From NCBI GenBank assembly GCA_963836075.1, contig CAWIIB010000009.1:1824001-1888000 (forward strand): 64,000 nt of DNA. Reading direction: 5' to 3'. Shown piece after piece: positions 47,297 to 57,029 of the stretch (position 1 is the stretch's first letter; every line of letters starts with the position of its first letter). The position numbers and the translations under genes are program-made. Source of the stretch: an uncultured Acidobacteriota bacterium. Its GTDB lineage: Bacteria; Acidobacteriota; JAQAZP01. Under the pieces are notes generated by a model. It was not told the origin of the DNA and did not search any database. It saw only the letters and a list, made by a program, of their open reading frames with translations.

Positions 47297-49267
47297 TCAG
47301 AGCGCCGGCGGTTCCGTCCTCCCTGTTTCAGCCGCCACCAGGGTTCCCTCGGTGGCGTCCCGGCCCTTGAGCGTGTCGTGACAGTTGGCGCAACTGTCCA
47401 GGCCGGCCTTCCCCGTCCGCTGCGCTTCCTCCCGGTGGCAGGGGACGCAGGTGCCGTGCATCGCTTCCTGGAAGCTGCAGGCCCGGCCGAGATCCTTCCC
47501 GCCGGCCAATTCCTCCGGAAGCCGCATGTCCTCCTTGTGGCACTGGTAGCAGTTCTTGGCATTACCGGCGGTCTTCGGCCCGTCCTGGGGGTGGCAGCCG
47601 TCGCAGGAGCGGTTCGCCGGATGCCAGCCGGCCAGCGATTCCTTGCGGGCCACCTCGCTCATGTGGCGATCGTGGTCGAAGATCATGGTGCTGGCCACCA
47701 GGTCGCGGTGGCACCGCGAGCAGGGCGTGGAGTTGTCCCCGGGACAGGAGATGTGGTGACAGCGGACGCAGGACTGCTCCCCGCCCATCCGCTGCTGGTG
47801 CGCGGCGTGGGGGAATTCGGTGCTCACTCCGGCCCGGTTGCCGTCGATGCGCAGGTGGGCCCGGGCGGCGTCGAGGCCCACCGAGGGCTGCACTTCGATC
47901 AGGCCTGAACCGGCGCCGGTGAACGGGGGATAGAGGAAGACCCAGGCCACCGGCAGGGTGAGCACGGCCATGAAGGTCACCCGGTGCAGTGGGCTGGACA
48001 GCGCCGCCTGGCAGACATGGGAGAACTTCTCGAACGAGGCCCGGAACATGCCCCGGGAGACCCGGCCCGCTTTCCACAGATCATCGAAGATGGGCAGGTA
48101 TTCCACGGCGTAGAGAAAGGCCAGACAGCCGCCGGCCACCACACCGATGCTCAGTGCCCACTCGGACAGTGAGGGGATGTAGACCGCCCCTGCCTCTCTG
48201 AAATAGCCGAAGATGCCCACGTCGAGACGGTTGAGCACCAGCCCCGCCGAGGCTGAACCTCCGGCCACGGCCAGCGCGGTGGGCGAGCGGCGGGCGGCCG
48301 GAATGGCCACCAGGATCAGCGGGATGATGGCGGAGAGGGCCATCTCCAGGATGAACAGCCCGCTCTCCCACGAGCCGTTGCCCAATGAGAACAGTTCACC
48401 GTCCCGGGCCAGATCGAACAGTTTGAGCAGCAGGTAGATTCCGAGGATCGAGGCGGCGATGACGGCCAGCCGCTCCAGCATCGGCATCGCCTCGCCCCGG
48501 GGTCCCCGGGGCCGCGGCTGGGCGTCGGCCAGTTTGAGCACACAGGCCGGTGCCCCGCCCTCCGGCTCGGGGCCGAAGACCGGTTCGGGGTTGTAGAACC
48601 AGGCATAGAGGATGCGGACCAGGATCAGGAACATCATTCCCGCCCCCATGGCGGAAATGATGAAGAACAGCGGCAGCATCGGCGAGTACCAGAGCTGGTG
48701 CAGCCGCTGGGGCGAGACGAGGAAGAGCGAACCGAGGGACGAGTGGTGCAGGCTGGAGAGCGAGATGCCCAGCACCACCACACCGAAGGAAATGCCGTGC
48801 AGGAAATGGGCGACCTTGCCCAGGCGCAGGCGCTCCAGAAGCGTTGGCGCCAGCTCGATGGAGGTCACGGTGAAATAGATCATCACGCACCAGAAGACCT
48901 CGAAGAGGAACGAGTGCTCGTTCCACATCAGCAGCGGGTGCCAGAAGCGGTGGGGCAGGCCGATATCGAAAAGCAGGGCGGCGCAGGAAGAACCATAGCC
49001 GAGGAAGGCCACCAGGATCGCCGGCTTGACCAGCGGCCGGAAGCGCTCCATGCGCAGGACGTAGACCAGGAAGCCGACGGTGAAGCCGCTGGTGGAGAGG
49101 GCCACCCCGGCCACCATGTTGGCGATCTTCCACAGCCCCCAGGGCATGGCGTCGCTGAGGTTGGTGGTGGGCCCCAGGCCGTACCACATGCGGAAGGCGC
49201 CGGCCACCAGGCCCCAGAAGGCAAAGAACCAGAGCACGTCCTTCAGTATTCGATTCTTGTTATTCAT
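47297..49267 (-). CDS. NrfD/HybB/HmcC-type membrane subunit fused to a hexaheme cytochrome c
   Basis: TNLSDAMPWGLW, DIGLPHRFWHP..SFLFEVFWC, LSSLHHSSLGSL. C-terminus has CVRCH, CSRCH, CDGCH, CYQCH, CVPCH and CANCH. Confidence 0.85.
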   Translation of the reverse strand: MNNKNRILKDVLWFFAFWGLVAGAFRMWYGLGPTTNLSDAMPWGLWKIANMVAGVALSTSGFTVGFLVYVLRMERFRPLVKPAILVAFLGYGSSCAALLFDIGLPHRFWHPLLMWNEHSFLFEVFWCVMIYFTVTSIELAPTLLERLRLGKVAHFLHGISFGVVVLGISLSSLHHSSLGSLFLVSPQRLHQLWYSPMLPLFFIISAMGAGMMFLILVRILYAWFYNPEPVFGPEPEGGAPACVLKLADAQPRPRGPRGEAMPMLERLAVIAASILGIYLLLKLFDLARDGELFSLGNGSWESGLFILEMALSAIIPLILVAIPAARRSPTALAVAGGSASAGLVLNRLDVGIFGYFREAGAVYIPSLSEWALSIGVVAGGCLAFLYAVEYLPIFDDLWKAGRVSRGMFRASFEKFSHVCQAALSSPLHRVTFMAVLTLPVAWVFLYPPFTGAGSGLIEVQPSVGLDAARAHLRIDGNRAGVSTEFPHAAHQQRMGGEQSCVRCHHISCPGDNSTPCSRCHRDLVASTMIFDHDRHMSEVARKESLAGWHPANRSCDGCHPQDGPKTAGNAKNCYQCHKEDMRLPEELAGGKDLGRACSFQEAMHGTCVPCHREEAQRTGKAGLDSCANCHDTLKGRDATEGTLVAAETGRTEPPAL

Positions 49268-50057
49268 GGTTTTCGTTTCCCGTTTCGCTCGGTTCGGTCC
49301 TTTCATCTTCAGCCGCCTGTTCGTCGGCAATGGCCATCCTTCGCCTGACGATCCAGTTCACCCCCAGCAGGCCGGCGGCCACGCTGAGCCCGATGTGCGG
49401 GGTCTTGCTGATCAACGGGTGGGTCAGCGAGGGGATGGAGACCGGCGTTGTCTCCGGCCAGCCCAGCCCGCCCAGGTCCACGTCGGAGATGTAGAGCACG
49501 CAGGTGCCGCCGAACTCCTCCTCGCCCCAGACGTGCTGGAGGTAGCCGCCGGGACGGGAGGCCAGACGGTCATGGGCCAGCTTGAGCAGCTCCTCCCGCT
49601 CCCCGAAGACCAGGGCCTTGTTCGGGCAGGCTTCCACGCAGGCCGGCTGCTTGCCCTCTTCCAGACGCCCGGCGCACATGTCGCACTTGCGCATGAAGGG
49701 GATGGTCTCGTCCCATTCGTAGCGCGGCACCGAGAAGGGGCAGGCCAGCATGCAGTAGCGGCAGCCGATGCACTTGTCCGGGTCGTAGATCACCGGCCCG
49801 TCAGGGCTTTTGGTGATTCCGCCCACCAGGCAGGCCTCGACGCAGCTCGGCTCCTGGCAGTGCATGCAGCTCTTCTTGCCGAAGCGGCCGTCGTCCACCT
49901 TGATCACGCTGGTATAGCGGTCGGCCGACAGGCCGTCCGCGGTGGTGGCCCGGTCCGCCTCCGCCTTTATCGCGTCGAGGCCGTTGGTCTCCACGCAGGC
50001 CGCGGCGCAGCGCTCGCAACCAGTGCACTTGGTGACATCGATCAGTATTCCGTGCAT
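49260..50057 (-). CDS. HybA/HmcB-like 4Fe-4S protein with C-terminal TM helix
   Basis: CTGCERCAAAC, CMHCQEPSCVEAC, CIGCRYCMLACP, KCDMC..PACVEACP, GEEEFGGT. Confidence 0.88.
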   Translation of the reverse strand: MHGILIDVTKCTGCERCAAACVETNGLDAIKAEADRATTADGLSADRYTSVIKVDDGRFGKKSCMHCQEPSCVEACLVGGITKSPDGPVIYDPDKCIGCRYCMLACPFSVPRYEWDETIPFMRKCDMCAGRLEEGKQPACVEACPNKALVFGEREELLKLAHDRLASRPGGYLQHVWGEEEFGGTCVLYISDVDLGGLGWPETTPVSIPSLTHPLISKTPHIGLSVAAGLLGVNWIVRRRMAIADEQAAEDERTEPSETGNENHE

Positions 50058-50755
50058 CAGACACGTGCCTCTTTTCCGAACAACGCTTCCGCGACCTTGT
50101 CGCCTGCCCCGGGACGGAGCTGCCAGTGGACCGCCGAGATGCGGTCAAAGACGAAGAGGACCACGTGGGCGAGTTTGGTGAACGGGACGAGAAGGAACAG
50201 GAGTTCGGCGCTCAGCAGGTGGACCAGCATGGCCAGCTGCCAGGAGACCGGGTTGACCCCGGGGTGGGAGGCCAGGAATCCGGCGACAAAGGGGAGCAGG
50301 ATCACCAGCAGCAGCAGGTAGTCCACCGGCTGGCTCATCGATCGCAGGCGGGGGATGAACAGCCGGCAGCCCAGGAGCAGGATCAGGCAGGTGATGGTGC
50401 CCAGGGTCAGCGCGTCCGCTGCGCTGTGGCCCAGCTGCGGAAGGTTGATCCCCAGCAGCCCCTCCCAGAGCACGATGTGGTCGGCAAGGAAGAGGGGGAC
50501 CAGGATCATGCCGATGTGAGAGAGAAAGGAGACGATAGAAAAAAAGATCGTCCCCTTGATCAGGTGGCGCACCGGGATGATCCAGCTGGCGGCATCGGCG
50601 GCGATCCGCCGCCAGGGAGCGTTCTGCAGCCGCCGGCCCTTGCTGATACCCAGCGAATAGATCTGGATCACCACCTGGCGGGCCAGGCCGAGCACCATGA
50701 CCAGGAAGGTCAGGGCGAAGAGCGGGCCGCGGGCGAATTCAATCCACTGTTCCAT
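50057..50755 (-). CDS. HmcE/NarI-like membrane cytochrome b subunit
   Basis: FARGPLF, SHIGMILVPLFLADH, VHLLSAELL..PFTKLAH. Confidence 0.8.
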   Translation of the reverse strand: MEQWIEFARGPLFALTFLVMVLGLARQVVIQIYSLGISKGRRLQNAPWRRIAADAASWIIPVRHLIKGTIFFSIVSFLSHIGMILVPLFLADHIVLWEGLLGINLPQLGHSAADALTLGTITCLILLLGCRLFIPRLRSMSQPVDYLLLLVILLPFVAGFLASHPGVNPVSWQLAMLVHLLSAELLFLLVPFTKLAHVVLFVFDRISAVHWQLRPGAGDKVAEALFGKEARV

Positions 50756-50770
50756 CGTTGTTGCCTTTCC

Positions 50771-52210
50771 TCAGAGGGCCATGGCAGCGGCCATCTCCTT
50801 GCGCTCCCGGGGACTTCTGGCCCCGGGGATTTCGATGGCCCTGAGGATCAGGTCGTGCAGGCCCATCACCCGGCAGGGCAGCTCGTAGTATTCCACCAGC
50901 TCCTTGAGCTGTTTCTTGCAGTTGGCGCAGGGCGCGATGACGATTTCCGCCCCGGTGCGCTGGATCTGCTCCGCCTTCACCTTGCCGCCGATGCTCATCC
51001 GGTACTCGTGGATCTCGTCCACCGAGACCAGGCCGCCGCCTCCGCCGCAGCAGTAGTTGTGCTCGCCCTTCGGCGCCATGTCGACGAAGTCCTTGACGAA
51101 GGTGCGCAGGATCTCCCGCGGCTGGTCGACGATCCAGCCCGAGCGGGCGATGTTGCACGGGTCGTGGTAGGTCACCCGCTCGGTGACGATGTCGGGGTTC
51201 AGCTTGATCTTGCCCTTCCTGATGCAGTCGAGGGTGTATTCCATGAAGTTGAACACCGGGTAGGCTTCCTGGCCCCCGAACACCGGCACGAAGTCGTGGG
51301 CTGCCCGGGAGGCGTGCCCGCACTCGCCGATCAGCAGTTGCTGGCCGTTGAGCCGGGTCACCTCGCTCACCAGCTGCTTGATGATCTTCTCCAGGTGCCA
51401 GTCGCTGTAGAACAGGCCGTAGTTGATGCCGTCGTAGTTGCCGCTGCCGATGGTCCAGTTGTCCCAGTCGCCGGCGGCATAGAGCACGGCGGCGTTGCCC
51501 ATCAGTGTTTCCGGTTCCATCAGGTAGTCGCTCACCGCGCAGAAGAAGACGTACTTGCGGTTCGGCTGGTCCACCGGGAAGGTGACCTTGATGCCCAGCA
51601 GGTCCTCCAACTCCTCGGAGAGGAACTCCAGCGTGTCCAGCAGGGCCGCCTTGGGGACCTTCGAGGTGTTGTGGGTCTCCCCCTCCAGCTGTTCGCGGAC
51701 GCTGACCTGCAGCGCCTTGGGCACGATGCCGATCAGGCTCAGCACGTAGCGGCCCAGGCGGGTGATCAGCCCGTGGTCCACTCCCATCGGGCATTCCTGG
51801 GTGCAGCGCCGGCAGGCGGTGCAGCGGTAGAAGAGATCGAGCATCTCGTCGATCTTCTCCTCGGTGAGCACGTCGCCCTGCACCAGTTTGTATTTGAACC
51901 AGCCGCCGATGGTGAAATAGCGCTTGTAGACATCGAGCAGCATGTTGGTCCGGTAGCAGGGGATGTCCCTGGGGTCGCCGGTGGCCAGAAACACCGGGCA
52001 GGTGACTGCGCAGCGGTTGCACTTGGCGTTTGACGTGCAGTAGGAATCGAGCAGCGGTTTGTAGTCCGAGAACTCGAGGACCGCCCTGAAGGCCTCGAGG
52101 AACCGGTCGACCCTGTCCTCGGTGACCGGGTTTTCGATGTAGTAGGGATAGGTTCGCTCCCCGCCCGCGGCGGTCGGCGTTTTTTTCACTTCAACTGCTT
52201 CCACACTCAT
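50771..52210 (-). CDS. HmcF/TmcB/DsrK-like Fe-S CCG-domain oxidoreductase
   Basis: KCNRCAVTCP, CTACRRCTQECP, GECGHA, YHDPCN, YCCGGGGG, APCANC. Confidence 0.85.
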   Translation of the reverse strand: MSVEAVEVKKTPTAAGGERTYPYYIENPVTEDRVDRFLEAFRAVLEFSDYKPLLDSYCTSNAKCNRCAVTCPVFLATGDPRDIPCYRTNMLLDVYKRYFTIGGWFKYKLVQGDVLTEEKIDEMLDLFYRCTACRRCTQECPMGVDHGLITRLGRYVLSLIGIVPKALQVSVREQLEGETHNTSKVPKAALLDTLEFLSEELEDLLGIKVTFPVDQPNRKYVFFCAVSDYLMEPETLMGNAAVLYAAGDWDNWTIGSGNYDGINYGLFYSDWHLEKIIKQLVSEVTRLNGQQLLIGECGHASRAAHDFVPVFGGQEAYPVFNFMEYTLDCIRKGKIKLNPDIVTERVTYHDPCNIARSGWIVDQPREILRTFVKDFVDMAPKGEHNYCCGGGGGLVSVDEIHEYRMSIGGKVKAEQIQRTGAEIVIAPCANCKKQLKELVEYYELPCRVMGLHDLILRAIEIPGARSPRERKEMAAAMAL

Positions 52211-52253
52211 TGATCAGTCCTCCAGTTTCGGTTTCCGGTCACCAGACCCACCG

Positions 52254-52269
52254 TGCAAGGGGCGTGCCA
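52254..52269 (-). promoter_or_regulatory. Sigma54 promoter of the Hmc-like operon
   Basis: Minus strand TGGCAC-GCCCC-TTGCA. Confidence 0.8.
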
Positions 52270-52463
52270 CGGGCTGGCGGACGGACCGGTCAGCCGCCAC
52301 CGGCCTCAGGACTGGCGTCTGCCGGACCACGCCACCGGCTTTTCCAGGACCCGGCGGGTGCTGCTGATTCGTGGTGTTTCCCCATGGGGAGGATATCGGC
52401 CGCCCCCGCAGAAAAGTGGGTTCGCTGCAGGGGCAACGGAAGCAGGAGGTGTGCCCGGGAAAC

Positions 52464-52509
52464 GTCGCAAGCGTTGCAACAGTCGTTGCAGCGCGACGAA
52501 TGTTGCAAC
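52464..52509. promoter_or_regulatory. Putative enhancer (UAS) for a sigma54 activator
   Basis: Clustered palindromes GTCGCA-AGCGT-TGCAAC, GTTGCAGCGCGAC and GTTGCAAC between the divergent sigma54 promoters. Confidence 0.55.
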
Positions 52510-52675
52510 GGTCCCGACTGCGCCCCGGGCCGCAGACCTGCTCGAATTCCTGAGGGCGCCCATCGAAGGATTCGTTAATTGCGCCCTGCCGGAGTTTTAT
52601 ATTTCAGCAGCTGTACTGTCCGCGCCTTTGGTGGACTGAGTAAAAGTAGGGACGCCTGCGGGAGAGGATGATCCA

Positions 52676-52691
52676 TGGCATGCATGTTGCT
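52676..52691 (+). promoter_or_regulatory. Sigma54 promoter
   Basis: TGGCAT-GCATG-TTGCT, 37 nt before ATG 52729. Confidence 0.78.
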
Positions 52692-52728
52692 TTGTGAAGT
52701 CAGTGAACCGAATTTTTCCGGAGGCGAC

Positions 52729-53757
52729 ATGCGATACGGGATTCAGTTGAGAGGCAAGAGGGTGGCGCCACGATACGCGGCGGCCCAGACAATCAGGTTG
52801 GTGACCATGCGCCGGGGGTATGTTTCGGCCCAGGCTGAAGTTCCAGCCGTGGGGCAGAGCTGGGTCGACCTGTTCAATCTGCTGGCCGAGCACAAGGTGG
52901 ATATCCTGGTCTGCGGCGGGATCGATATGGCCTCCAGGGAATCGCTGTCCGCCGGTGGGATTACCGTCATCGACAATGTGGCCTGCTCGGCGGACGAGGT
53001 GGTGGCCGCCCTCGCCGCCGGAAAGCTCTGTTCGGGATACGGGTTTCAGCGCGGCCCGGCGGCGTCTCCCAGCGCGGAGGACGGGATTTTGGCCAGGATG
53101 AATGCCGAAGTGCTCGATCCTGCTGCCGACTGCCTTGCCTGCCGGGAGAAAGTCTGTCTCAGCGGAGGCCGTTGCCCGCTGGCCGGTCAACCGGAGACGG
53201 TGGCGCCGCCTGGTGAGGTCACCCGCATGCTCGATGCGGCGGCGGACATCAGCTGCGAGGACGAGCGGTTCCTCTGCCGGCTGTCGGAACTGGTCTACTT
53301 CTGCCTCGAGATGAACTACCGCCGCATCGGGATCGCCTTCTGCGTGGAGCTCCAGGAACCGACGGAGATCCTGGTCGGCGCACTGAAGCGATTTTTCCAG
53401 GTGTTCGCCGTGGGGTGCAAGGTGGGGGGACACCGGCTGGATGAACCGCCCGACATGTCGGGCGGACAGGGGCCGGCGCTGTTCAGTGGGATTGCCTGTA
53501 ACCCGCTGGGCCAGGCCCGGGTACTGAACCGTCAGGGCTGCGATCTCAATGTGCTGGTGGGCCTCTGCGTGGGCACCGACTCGGTGTTTGTGCGGGCCAG
53601 CGAGGCGCCGGTGACCACCTTTATCGTCAAGGACCGGTCGCTGGCCCACAACCCCATCGGCGCTCTCTACTCGGAGTACTACCTCAGCGAAGCGTCGCGG
53701 GCCGACCCGGTGAAGGTCCGGACAACGGGAGAGGTGGATCGATACCGGAATCAATGA
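52729..53757 (+). CDS. NifB/NifX (FeMo-co/ORP-like) domain fused to DUF1847
   Basis: N-terminal RVAPRY...VDILVCGGID...GITVIDNV; C-terminal RIGIAFC, CKVGG, CNPLGQA, GLCVGTD, VKDRSLAHNP. Confidence 0.78.
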   Translation: MRYGIQLRGKRVAPRYAAAQTIRLVTMRRGYVSAQAEVPAVGQSWVDLFNLLAEHKVDILVCGGIDMASRESLSAGGITVIDNVACSADEVVAALAAGKLCSGYGFQRGPAASPSAEDGILARMNAEVLDPAADCLACREKVCLSGGRCPLAGQPETVAPPGEVTRMLDAAADISCEDERFLCRLSELVYFCLEMNYRRIGIAFCVELQEPTEILVGALKRFFQVFAVGCKVGGHRLDEPPDMSGGQGPALFSGIACNPLGQARVLNRQGCDLNVLVGLCVGTDSVFVRASEAPVTTFIVKDRSLAHNPIGALYSEYYLSEASRADPVKVRTTGEVDRYRNQ

Positions 53758-53799
53758 AAAGCGAACTGACCAGGGAAACAACGAAATGGAGGAAGGACA

Positions 53800-54335
53800 A
53801 TGACCATCCCGAGACTCAATTCCGTCGGCTTTTGTGCCCACTACTCGGAGCAGGGCGACTGGGCTTTTGATTACGCCCTGGGCCTCTGCCGGGAGGGCCG
53901 GATGCAGCTGAACGTGTTCCACTTTCTCTCCAGCCCCTACGAGCCGGATGACGGCCGGATGAAGGAGCTGCCGCATGATGAACTGGAGCGGATCGCCGTG
54001 GAACGCGAGCGAGAAATGCGGCTTTATTACGACCGCCGGGCCGGGGACTATCTTGAAGTGGGGTTCCGGCTGTGTTATGACGACAGCTGGACGGAGCTGC
54101 ACCGCTGCCTGATGATCCGGGAGTTCCAGTTGCTGGTGCTGGCCGTACCCGATCGTCCGCCCGTTTTTCGCGGAAACCCATCGAGGAGTGGGCGGAAAGT
54201 TTCATCAGTCCGGTGGTGCTGGTGGGCCCGGATGGGCCGGACCGTTTCAGGGTCAACACCAGAGCTGCCCTGCTGATCGATCGCCTGGGGATCGAAGAAG
54301 GGCAGTGGAGCACCATTCACGGGGTGACCGTCTAG
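53800..54335 (+). CDS. Universal-stress-protein-like hypothetical protein; frameshift near 54174
   Basis: VGFCAHYSEQGDWAFDYALGL..LNVFH; continues in another frame as PIEEWAESFISPVVLVGP..TV-stop. Confidence 0.6.
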
Positions 54336-54372
54336 CGGCCGCCCGCCCGCGGGGCAGAGGTCTTTCGCCGTC

Positions 54373-55682
54373 ATGTGCCAGAAGCTGAGCGAGCTGATCT
54401 TCAACAACATCCACGACGGTGTGTTCACCGTCGATCGGGACTGCATCATCACCTCCTTCAACCGGTCGGCGGAGCGGATCACCGGTTTCAAGGCCGGTGA
54501 GGCCGTGGGCAAGCACTGCTTCGAAGTGTTCCGCACCGAGGTCTGCCACAAGAAGTGCGCCCTCAAGGACACCTTGAAAACCGAGGACCCCACCGAAAAC
54601 GCCCGGGTGACCATCATCACCCGTGACGGCCGCGAGGTGCCGATCCGGGTCACCACCACCCTGCTCAAGGACGAGGAGGGGACCATCGTCGGGGCGGTGG
54701 AGTTTTTCCGGGACATCTCCGAGATCGAGCGGCTGCACGAGAGCCTGGAGAAGAAGAACAGCCTCGACGACATCGTCAGCGTCAACTCGGAGATGCACCA
54801 GCTGGTGGGCCTGCTGCCCGATATCGCCGAGTCGGAGTGCAACGTGCTGATCCAGGGCCCCAGCGGCTCGGGCAAGGAGCTCTTCGCCCAGGTGATCCAC
54901 AACCTCAGCCCCCGGCGCTACGGGCCGTACATCAAGCTCAACTGCGCCGCCCTGCCCGCTCCGCTGCTCGAGTCGGAACTCTTCGGCTATGTGCAGGGCG
55001 CGTTCACCGACGCCAAGACGCGACAAGCCGGGCCAGTTTCGTCTGGCCAACGGCGGGACCCTGCTCCTCGACGAAGATCAGCGAGATGGATGTCTCGCTG
55101 CAGGTCAAGCTGCTGCGGGTGCTGAACAACGGTGAATACCGCCCCCTGGGTTCCGCCGAGACGCTGCACACCGACGCGCGGATCATCGCCGCCAGCAATG
55201 CCGACCTGGAACTGGCCATCGCCGAGGGCCGGTTCCGGGAGGATCTCTACTACCGGATCAACGTGGTGAACCTCCAGATCCCCTCGCTCCACGAACGGCC
55301 CGAGGACATCCCCCTGCTGGCCAACCATTTTCTGCGGGTCTACCGCAAAAAGAGCCGCAAGGCCATCGAGCGGATCTCACCCGCCGCCCTCTCCGCGCTG
55401 CGCAAATGCCAGTTCTCGGGCAACGTGCGGGAGCTGGAGAACGCCATCGAGCACGCCTTCGTCATGTGCCACGGCGAGCAGATCGAGGTGGAGCACCTGC
55501 CCCTGCATATCACCACCCGCAGCGCGGCGGCCAACGGTATTTCCCATGCCCGGAACAGCGAGAAGGGCGTGATCCTGGAGAGCCTGCGGCGGAACAAGGG
55601 CAGCCGGGTCAGGGCCGCCGAAGAGCTCGGCATGCACCGCTCAACCCTCTGGCGCAAGATCAAGACCTACAACATCGATTGA
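54373..55682 (+). CDS. PAS-domain sigma54-dependent activator (OrpR-like); two +1 frameshifts near 55018 and 55074
   Basis: PAS domain with C-x8-C-x3-C (CFEVFRTEVCHKKC), GPSGSGKE, ESELFG..GAFTDA, REDLYYRIN, GNVRELEN and a Fis-type HTH. Confidence 0.85.
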
Positions 55683-55826
55683 CCCGAACTTCTTCTCGTC
55701 CACCCGAATGGCAACCAGCGCCGGGTATCGGAGTCTTCAGTTAGCGGTGGGCGAAACCACTGAAGACCGCTATAATTCCCGTGGCTCGGAGACAGGGCAA
55801 ATCCCCTTTGGGGCGAGGAGTTGGTG

Positions 55827-57029
55827 ATGAGCGCCGGATCGAAAAAGAACAAACAGGCCGTACCCGATCTGTCCCACGAAGAGAACCTCCTCGACCTCTC
55901 CCACCAGATGCTGCGCGAACGGGTGAAAGAGCTGAGCTGCCTTTACGCCATCGCCCGGATCGCCGGGGAGCCAGGGGTCTCCCTGGCCAATATCCTGGAG
56001 AGGATCGTCGAGCTGCTGCCCCCGGCCTGGCAGTATCCCGAGATCGCCTCGGGACGTATCGTTCTCGACGACCGGAACTATCTCACCAGTGGTTTTAGCG
56101 GTGCGGGGGCGGTGCAGGCCGCGCCGATCCTGGTCGACGGGGTACAGCGGGGCCTGGTGGAGGTGATCTACAGCGAGGAGCGGCCGGAACTGGACGAAGG
56201 CCCCTTCCTCAAGGAAGAGCGGAACCTCGTCGATGCCGTGGCCGGCCAGGTGGCCCTGATTGTCGAGCACAAGCAGGCCGGGGAAGAGCGTGAGCGCCTG
56301 CAGGAGCAGCTGCGGCACGCCGATCGCCTGGCCACCATCGGCCAGCTGGCAGCGGGGGTGGCCCACGAGCTGAACGAGCCGCTGGCCAACATCCTCGGCT
56401 TCGCCCAGCTGGCCTCCAAGGACAGCGGCCTGCCGGAAACGGCGGCCAACGATCTGGGAAAGATCATCAAGGCCTCCCTCCATGCCCGTGAGGTGGTGAA
56501 GAAGCTGATGCTCTTCGCCCGCCAGACCCCGCCGAACATGGCCGAGGTGGATCTGAACCAGCTGGTGGAGGAAGGGCTCTATTTCGTGGAATCGAGGTGC
56601 ACCAGGGCCGGTGTGCAGCTGGCCCGGGAACTGGCGGAAGATCTTCCGGCCCTGGCGGTGGACAAGGGGCAGATGCACCAGGTGCTGGTCAACCTGGTGG
56701 TCAACGCGGTCCAGGCCATGCCGGACGGCGGCCGGCTGGTGATCCGGACCGCCGCGGACGAGGAAGGGATTTCCCTGGCGGTGCAGGACACCGGCGAAGG
56801 GATGACCGAGGAGACGATGAAGAAAATGTTCATCCCCTTCTTCACCACCAAGGATGTCAACGAAGGCACCGGTCTCGGCCTGGCCGTGGTTCACGGCATC
56901 GTCACCTCCCACGGGGGCGTGATCAGCGTGGAGAGCGAGCCTGGCCGGGGGACCCGGATCGAGATCAGGTTCCCCCGCCACCCGGGGGACGTCGGGGAGA
57001 AAGGAACGTTTTCCGATGAAGACGCCTGA
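55827..57029 (+). CDS. Cytoplasmic sensor histidine kinase
   Basis: AGVAHELNEPL, NLVVNAVQAM, QDTGEGM, PFFTTK..GTGLGL. Confidence 0.92.
   Translation: MSAGSKKNKQAVPDLSHEENLLDLSHQMLRERVKELSCLYAIARIAGEPGVSLANILERIVELLPPAWQYPEIASGRIVLDDRNYLTSGFSGAGAVQAAPILVDGVQRGLVEVIYSEERPELDEGPFLKEERNLVDAVAGQVALIVEHKQAGEERERLQEQLRHADRLATIGQLAAGVAHELNEPLANILGFAQLASKDSGLPETAANDLGKIIKASLHAREVVKKLMLFARQTPPNMAEVDLNQLVEEGLYFVESRCTRAGVQLARELAEDLPALAVDKGQMHQVLVNLVVNAVQAMPDGGRLVIRTAADEEGISLAVQDTGEGMTEETMKKMFIPFFTTKDVNEGTGLGLAVVHGIVTSHGGVISVESEPGRGTRIEIRFPRHPGDVGEKGTFSDEDA

Noticed and set aside
50057-52210. dsrMK of a dissimilatory sulfite reduction locus
   Set aside because: No dsrAB is in the window, and the DsrK-like protein lacks the long C-terminal extension; gene content fits an Hmc/Tmc-like complex better.
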